Source of the DNA: an uncultured virus (IMG/VR IMGVR_UViG_3300032038_000020)
Taxonomy: Duplodnaviria > Heunggongvirae > Uroviricota > Caudoviricetes
Virus record (IMG/VR): IMGVR_UViG_3300032038_000020
Location: 1-64,000 of that record
DNA: 64,000 bases
Reading direction: 5' to 3' (one strand)
Below the pieces are notes generated by a model. The model was given only the letters and a program-made list of their open reading frames with translations, did not search any database and was not told the DNA's origin. The position numbers and the translations under genes were made by a program. Shown here piece by piece: positions 58,958-64,000 of the stretch. How positions within the stretch are numbered: the first letter of the stretch is position 1; each line of letters starts with the position of its first letter.

Positions 58958-60991
58958 TCAGTTCTTCCTCTTGTTGTAGTTATTGTCCTTTCTTCTCTTC
59001 TTGTTTCTCTTCTGTTCATATTTCTTTGCTCTTGCTGCTTTCTCAGGATCATAGTAATCTGTGATCACTGATGAAGTAGATACTGAAATAGGCTGTTCTT
59101 CTTCTTCATCTCCCCAGTCTTCTCCTTCTTCTCTAGCACGGAGAGGAGGAGTAGAATTGTCTGGTGTCATCGTAGATGAAGTGTATGCCTTCTTAGGACG
59201 AGGTGTAGTGTCAACTGTATACATCCACCAAGGTGTCTCATTGTTCTTCACAGATTCCTCATAGATCTTCTTCGCATCGTCATTTTCCTCTATCTCTATG
59301 TGTTCTGAATCGTTCTTTTCAGATTCTCCTTTAGTCCCCTGAAGCTGTTCCTTAACAAGCTCAGGAATCATCTTCATGAAAGCTGGGACGACTTTGTCGA
59401 CGATATCGATGATGAGACTCTTCTTGTCAGGCATTCCCTGATAAAGTGAAGCGACAGTCTCTTTCATGCTCTTAAAGTCTACCTCGACTGCCATGAAGTT
59501 CTCGTTGATCTTGTTTGCATCTGTTGCATACTCATCTCCGAGATTCTTAAGATCGTTTGCTATCTTTTCGATCTTTTCATCAAGGTCATTGATCTTGTTG
59601 TAGATCGATGAGGCGAATCTATCGAACTCATCACGAGTGATGTAATCCGCATCGGTGTCTTCATCATCCTCATCTTCATTCAAATAATCAAGATCTCCTT
59701 TATAGTTAGCTGCAAGAACTTCAGCAGTAGCTGAATACGAATTCAGGATTGCGGTGTCGTCAGGAACAACCGACTCATCAACAATTTCTGCTTCAACATG
59801 CTCTACAGGAGTCTCATTTGTTTCGACGTCAACAACCTCTTCTTCCTTCTTATCCTCTACTTCATCGTCTTCAGCCATTACATCAAGTCCTGAAGACGAA
59901 GTGAAGCTGTTAGGATTAGTAGCAAATTCCGTCAGTCTTGCCATTGATTCTACGAACGAATCTGTGGAATCATCAGAAGTTATAACTGGTGCTGATATCG
60001 GTGCTGCCTTAGGTGCAGGTGCATGCTCCATATCAACAAATGATGAAGAACGGTCTACAAGTACCTTCTTCTTGGTCTTCTGGCTTACGCCGTCTACGAT
60101 TACATCGTCTGTGTCAAAGATAATTTCGATTGCCATATTAGATAACTCTCCTTTTCTGCTTTCGCCCTTAACGTAGGTGCGATTGATTGTGGTGGGTGTG
60201 TTTGTAGCCATAAGGCTCTTGATCTCGTACTTCTGTCCGCAGACAGTGCATTCCATCTTATTGAATCCGAGATCAAAATCAATAAGACCATTGCATGGCA
60301 TTTCTATACCATGTCTTTTGACCCTTCTAGTACAATAGCACTTCTTAGGGTCTAAGATAACGACAGACGGAAAGTCACATAAGATTGGGCCAAAGTTTCT
60401 TCTTATAACCCACTGCTTAGGTGTAGCGATTCCTACATCTGTCATGGCAATCTTTCTTCTTCTGAAGACGATATCTAAGATATCAAAGATCTGATCGCCA
60501 TAATCTATTATACTGTCTTTGTCTATTCTGAGACCAACCTCATCCAATGCTATTGCACCAGACTGAGTCACATCATAGACTTTGGTACAGTATGGTTTAA
60601 GAACATGCTGAACGTTGAACTCGTCCTTGTTGTTCTTAAATCCTTCTAGAGAGGTGCTTATCTTAGCACCGAACTGAGGGAATTCAACAGATGAATAGAA
60701 CCTTCTATTAGTTCCACCGATCTCTGTCTTGAACCCTCTGCTTTCCATAAACTCATCCAGAAGATGATACTTTTCTATCGGATGAGTTGTTAGAGTTGGT
60801 GAGACAGCTACATCCTCGATGAACTTGATGTCCTGAGGAGTGAACCATCTCGCTAATGGAGGACTCTGCCAAGAATCATACCAACGAATCATCTGATCAT
60901 CGATAGACATCTCTGGATCGAATCCATGCGTTTCTTTATACTTAGCCACAGGGTCAAAGTATATTTTATCGAGGTCTTTATTCACTCTCAT
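58958..60991 (-). CDS. protein-kinase-like domain, zinc ribbon and acidic/coiled-coil C-terminal region
   Basis: IGGTNRRFY (Gly loop), GAKI (Lys), NKDEF (Glu), MTDVG..PKQW (catalytic loop), LCDFP (DFG-like); CTVC. Confidence 0.6.
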   Translation of the reverse strand: MRVNKDLDKIYFDPVAKYKETHGFDPEMSIDDQMIRWYDSWQSPPLARWFTPQDIKFIEDVAVSPTLTTHPIEKYHLLDEFMESRGFKTEIGGTNRRFYSSVEFPQFGAKISTSLEGFKNNKDEFNVQHVLKPYCTKVYDVTQSGAIALDEVGLRIDKDSIIDYGDQIFDILDIVFRRRKIAMTDVGIATPKQWVIRRNFGPILCDFPSVVILDPKKCYCTRRVKRHGIEMPCNGLIDFDLGFNKMECTVCGQKYEIKSLMATNTPTTINRTYVKGESRKGELSNMAIEIIFDTDDVIVDGVSQKTKKKVLVDRSSSFVDMEHAPAPKAAPISAPVITSDDSTDSFVESMARLTEFATNPNSFTSSSGLDVMAEDDEVEDKKEEEVVDVETNETPVEHVEAEIVDESVVPDDTAILNSYSATAEVLAANYKGDLDYLNEDEDDEDTDADYITRDEFDRFASSIYNKINDLDEKIEKIANDLKNLGDEYATDANKINENFMAVEVDFKSMKETVASLYQGMPDKKSLIIDIVDKVVPAFMKMIPELVKEQLQGTKGESEKNDSEHIEIEENDDAKKIYEESVKNNETPWWMYTVDTTPRPKKAYTSSTMTPDNSTPPLRAREEGEDWGDEEEEQPISVSTSSVITDYYDPEKAARAKKYEQKRNKKRRKDNNYNKRKN

Positions 60992-62589
60992 TATACTTCC
61001 TCCCCCATCGCTTTGTACTGAGCAAGTCTAGCATTGATATTGTACTCAGTCAATGCATCCTGCTGTTCGTCAGTAAGCTGACTTGCTAGATCCTTAGTAG
61101 GATCAAACAAAGGTTTACCATATATGTCCTTAATTACTCCGTTGTCATCTGGAGCTATAGGAGCTGTACCAACTATCGGTGGACACGGATCAGCATCTCT
61201 TATTGGTGCATTATAGTCAACTCTACAGTTGCCAGTTCTGAGCTTATCTAAGAAGGCTCTCTTTCGCATCTCATAGTTGACTTTAAGCTTATTAGTAAGA
61301 TACTGTTCAACCTGAGGACCATTAAACAGCTCAGGATGATTCTGATAGTCGTACGCCAGTTTTACATCCCTTCTATCGCCAAGCTGAGTTGGCAGAGTAT
61401 TCATATCGAACCTTATATTCGGATCAATACCACTCAGATAGAAGGAACGTGTGTATTCTTTTGGTGACATATAGCAACCCGCTTTCCAACGAGTCATATG
61501 TCTCTTATAATCCTTCAGATAATAGGTATTGTAAACCCATTTCATATATGGATCATCAACGCCATTCGTCAGGATCGATTCGTACGATGTAGCAAGTGCT
61601 TCTGGCGGTGGTGCACATACTACATCAAAGATATATCGTGCCATCTGCTTTTCATATTCTGATCTACGACAATTGTCATAGAAGTGCAGACGGGACTGAT
61701 ATTCTGCAACGTCGTGAGACTTGCTATACACAATCTTATGAGTACCAGTCTCTGGGTCGTTTGGTTGTGTTAAGAGAATTTCATCTCCTTCTTCTGTAAG
61801 AACAGATACGCTGACTCCAGACTCTTCAACTCTCTGGAAGTTCTCATCATAAGTGTAATCCATAAACTTATGATCTGCTTCGTATCTCATCTGCTGAAGA
61901 TCCTCTTGAGATGGGAACATACGTCTTAATGTTTCCTCAACCTGTTTTGTCCAATCTTCAACAGATACATTTTCTGGTCGGCCCCACATCATGGTTCCTC
62001 TCCAGTAGTTCTTCATAGTCTGCATTTGAGCTTCCTGAGCTTTTCTGATCTCTTCAGCCTGCTCATTGTTCATCTGCATTCCGCCAATACCCATACCCAT
62101 GCCAAACATATTGTATCCCTGCTGAGCCTGAGAGATATAAGAACCTCCCAACGGATTATAAGTTGTGGCCGCAGCGTTTACTATTGGATTGGAATACGGC
62201 ATGGATGTTGCTGTCTTCTGTGTCATACTGCTCTGCTGTCTTGCTATGTTCTGCCAGTTTGAGGCAGTAGAATCGCTTGATACACAAGACATTCCTTCGC
62301 TTTCCTCTTCATTGTCGAACGAGAAGTTTGATTCATCATTCAACTCATTCAGACCATCTAAAGAGAAATCTACATCTTCTGTCGGCTTTGGTGAACCATA
62401 CATCTCTTCTTCGATGTATGATTTGCTTGACTGTAGCAGTCTCGCTTTTCTTTCAGCTCTTCTCTTCTTTTCTTCATCTAACATAACTGAAGCTGTCGGT
62501 GGAGCTGACTTTTCTTTAAGTTTGTTTAATGTCACATTATCATTCCTTTCATGTATTTGTATGTCTGAATAGTAGTAAGGTTGTGCCAT
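60991..62589 (-). CDS. hypothetical protein with a low-complexity Q/M/G region
   Basis: 532 aa; TAATG coupling to the kinase gene; early promoter at 62624-62634. Confidence 0.7.
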   Translation of the reverse strand: MAQPYYYSDIQIHERNDNVTLNKLKEKSAPPTASVMLDEEKKRRAERKARLLQSSKSYIEEEMYGSPKPTEDVDFSLDGLNELNDESNFSFDNEEESEGMSCVSSDSTASNWQNIARQQSSMTQKTATSMPYSNPIVNAAATTYNPLGGSYISQAQQGYNMFGMGMGIGGMQMNNEQAEEIRKAQEAQMQTMKNYWRGTMMWGRPENVSVEDWTKQVEETLRRMFPSQEDLQQMRYEADHKFMDYTYDENFQRVEESGVSVSVLTEEGDEILLTQPNDPETGTHKIVYSKSHDVAEYQSRLHFYDNCRRSEYEKQMARYIFDVVCAPPPEALATSYESILTNGVDDPYMKWVYNTYYLKDYKRHMTRWKAGCYMSPKEYTRSFYLSGIDPNIRFDMNTLPTQLGDRRDVKLAYDYQNHPELFNGPQVEQYLTNKLKVNYEMRKRAFLDKLRTGNCRVDYNAPIRDADPCPPIVGTAPIAPDDNGVIKDIYGKPLFDPTKDLASQLTDEQQDALTEYNINARLAQYKAMGEEV

Positions 62590-62703
62590 TGGCCATTTGG
62601 CGCATCCCTAGTACACTCGCCACTATAATATATAACTTACACTTTGTTTGCGATAACTACTTAGTAACAAGCCTGGATGGGCATGATAAGAAAGTGAGTG
62701 TGA

Positions 62704-63426
62704 ATGCACATGGAAAAATTAAGAGATATGATGATGGACTCTCTCACCCCGTTTCATAAGAAGCGGTCTCGTTATGAGAAAGGTGGAAGAGGTATTCCGT
62801 CAGTAACAGAGATCCTTGGTTACATAGATAATCAGGGTCTTATTGATTGGGCGAATGCCATTGGTCGAAAGGGCCAAAACAATAAAGACATAGCAGCGAA
62901 GGCTGCTAGATATGGAACCGCTACTCACTCAGCTATAGAGAACTACCTTAAGGAAGGTTACGATACAGGGTTTCTTGATAACTCTTCATTCAAAGCTTTT
63001 CTTAAGTGGTGGAATGGAATCAATAGCTGTCACAAAGTGGTAGTATTAGGACAGGAAGAAGCTCTTATAACTGAGCTCTTTGCTGGCACATATGATCTGC
63101 TTATCTCTATAGATGGAAAGATCTATATGGTCGACTTCAAGACAAGCAATCATGTTAACTACAAATACTTCATGCAGTTGGCTGCCTACAGATATCTGAT
63201 ATACAGACTCAAAGGCATCAGCATTGATGGAGTAATTATTCTTCAGCTTGGTAAAGGTCCTAATGCAGGATTCACCGAGTTCCCTCTGGACTTCAACATT
63301 CCAGATCATTACAACTTCATAGAGAACTGTATGAATGCTTTCGTAGGAGCTCTCTACACATATCATAGTGCAGAGCCTCTGAAGGATCAGTTCAAAGACG
63401 TATTCTATGAGATCAACAAAAAATAA
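62704..63426 (+). CDS. PD-(D/E)XK (Cas4/lambda-exo-like) exonuclease
   Basis: PSVTEIL, YGTATH, QEE, FAGTYDLL, VDFKTS, QLAAY. Confidence 0.85.
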   Translation: MHMEKLRDMMMDSLTPFHKKRSRYEKGGRGIPSVTEILGYIDNQGLIDWANAIGRKGQNNKDIAAKAARYGTATHSAIENYLKEGYDTGFLDNSSFKAFLKWWNGINSCHKVVVLGQEEALITELFAGTYDLLISIDGKIYMVDFKTSNHVNYKYFMQLAAYRYLIYRLKGISIDGVIILQLGKGPNAGFTEFPLDFNIPDHYNFIENCMNAFVGALYTYHSAEPLKDQFKDVFYEINKK

Positions 63427-63456
63427 GTAAGGGGAGTCAATCGACTCCCCTTATCT

Positions 63457-63999
63457 TTATACCCATTCAGCATCAGAAATCATCTTGTTCTCGACAAGCA
63501 GCTTCTTAAGCTGACGTTTAATCTGACCATACGATCTAGTCTTTGTGGGATCATAGTCAATCCCAATCGCACAGCACATGGCCTGATATCTATCAGTGCA
63601 GTTTCTTTCGGCATCCTGATATGCATTATATGCTGCTGCGGCAAGATTGACATCATATATGACTTTCTCACTAGCTTTTTTGAGATGCTCAATCTCTTTC
63701 TTCATAGCTTCGATTGTAGCGATGTGTCTCTCATCTGCCGACTTGAAGTTGTCGGCAACTTGCTTAGATTTCTCGAGAGCTTCATTCTGAGTCTTAATGA
63801 TGCTCTCAAGCTTAGCAATTGTATCCTCGAGATCCTTGACTTTCTTGTCGTAATCTGCAGGGATGTTCTTCTGCTTCTCAAGAACCTGTTCTAGTTCCTC
63901 TCTCATCATAGCTTCTCCGCAAGCCTGATCTGAGAGTTTCTGGTTCTCTTCGGCAAGCTCGTTTCTCTCTCTACGGAATTCATTTCTTTCCTTTTCAAG
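63457..63999 (-). CDS. coiled-coil protein, 5'-truncated by the window edge
   Basis: Frame is open to the window end; heptad-rich E/K sequence. Confidence 0.7.
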   Translation of the reverse strand, partial: LEKERNEFRRERNELAEENQKLSDQACGEAMMREELEQVLEKQKNIPADYDKKVKDLEDTIAKLESIIKTQNEALEKSKQVADNFKSADERHIATIEAMKKEIEHLKKASEKVIYDVNLAAAAYNAYQDAERNCTDRYQAMCCAIGIDYDPTKTRSYGQIKRQLKKLLVENKMISDAEWV

Positions 64000-64000
64000 C

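Noticed and set aside
62704..63426. CRISPR-associated Cas4
   Set aside because: No array or other cas genes and no four-Cys cluster; an ordinary phage PD-(D/E)XK exonuclease
1..64000. Alternative genetic code (TAG or TGA reassignment)
   Set aside because: Long genes are intact in code 11, and TAG (13521, 22712, 42701) and TGA (12520, 21415) end genes at clear boundaries

Overview
This 64-kb window is a gene-dense piece of a jumbo myophage genome (standard code 11), most likely from the phiKZ/AR9/PBS1 supergroup that encodes its own split multisubunit RNA polymerases. Strong AGGAGG Shine-Dalgarno (SD) sites, a GH25 endolysin and BspA-type leucine-rich repeats (LRRs) point to a Gram-positive, probably clostridial/Ruminococcus-like host (inference). 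Recognisable genes: large terminase, GroEL-like chaperonin, DnaG-type primase, RNase HI, a PD-(D/E)XK exonuclease, three RNAP beta-prime fragments (two carry a DFDGD catalytic motif, so there are two polymerases), a probable AR9 gp226-like promoter-specificity subunit, baseplate and virion proteins, a GAF-domain holin candidate, a membrane-anchored transglycosylase, an ABC exporter, a kinase-like protein and a Tad2/DUF2829-like domain. Two promoter classes are readable by eye: about 20 copies of AAC(A/T)-N6-TA, matching the AR9 late consensus, and about 11 copies of a TATATATTAT-like early motif. The most unusual unexplained elements are a stand-alone ~200-nt structured RNA gene with loop-loop complementarity (50568-50766), an SD-less orphan gene fed by a relay of coupled mini-ORFs inside a highly structured leader (7110-8064), a probable -1 frameshift tail-chaperone-like pair, a tiny ORF with an anti-SD leader, and an in-frame TGA extension. 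No CRISPR array, tRNA, intron or reverse transcriptase was seen. All homology calls come from motif recognition only; no database searches were run.
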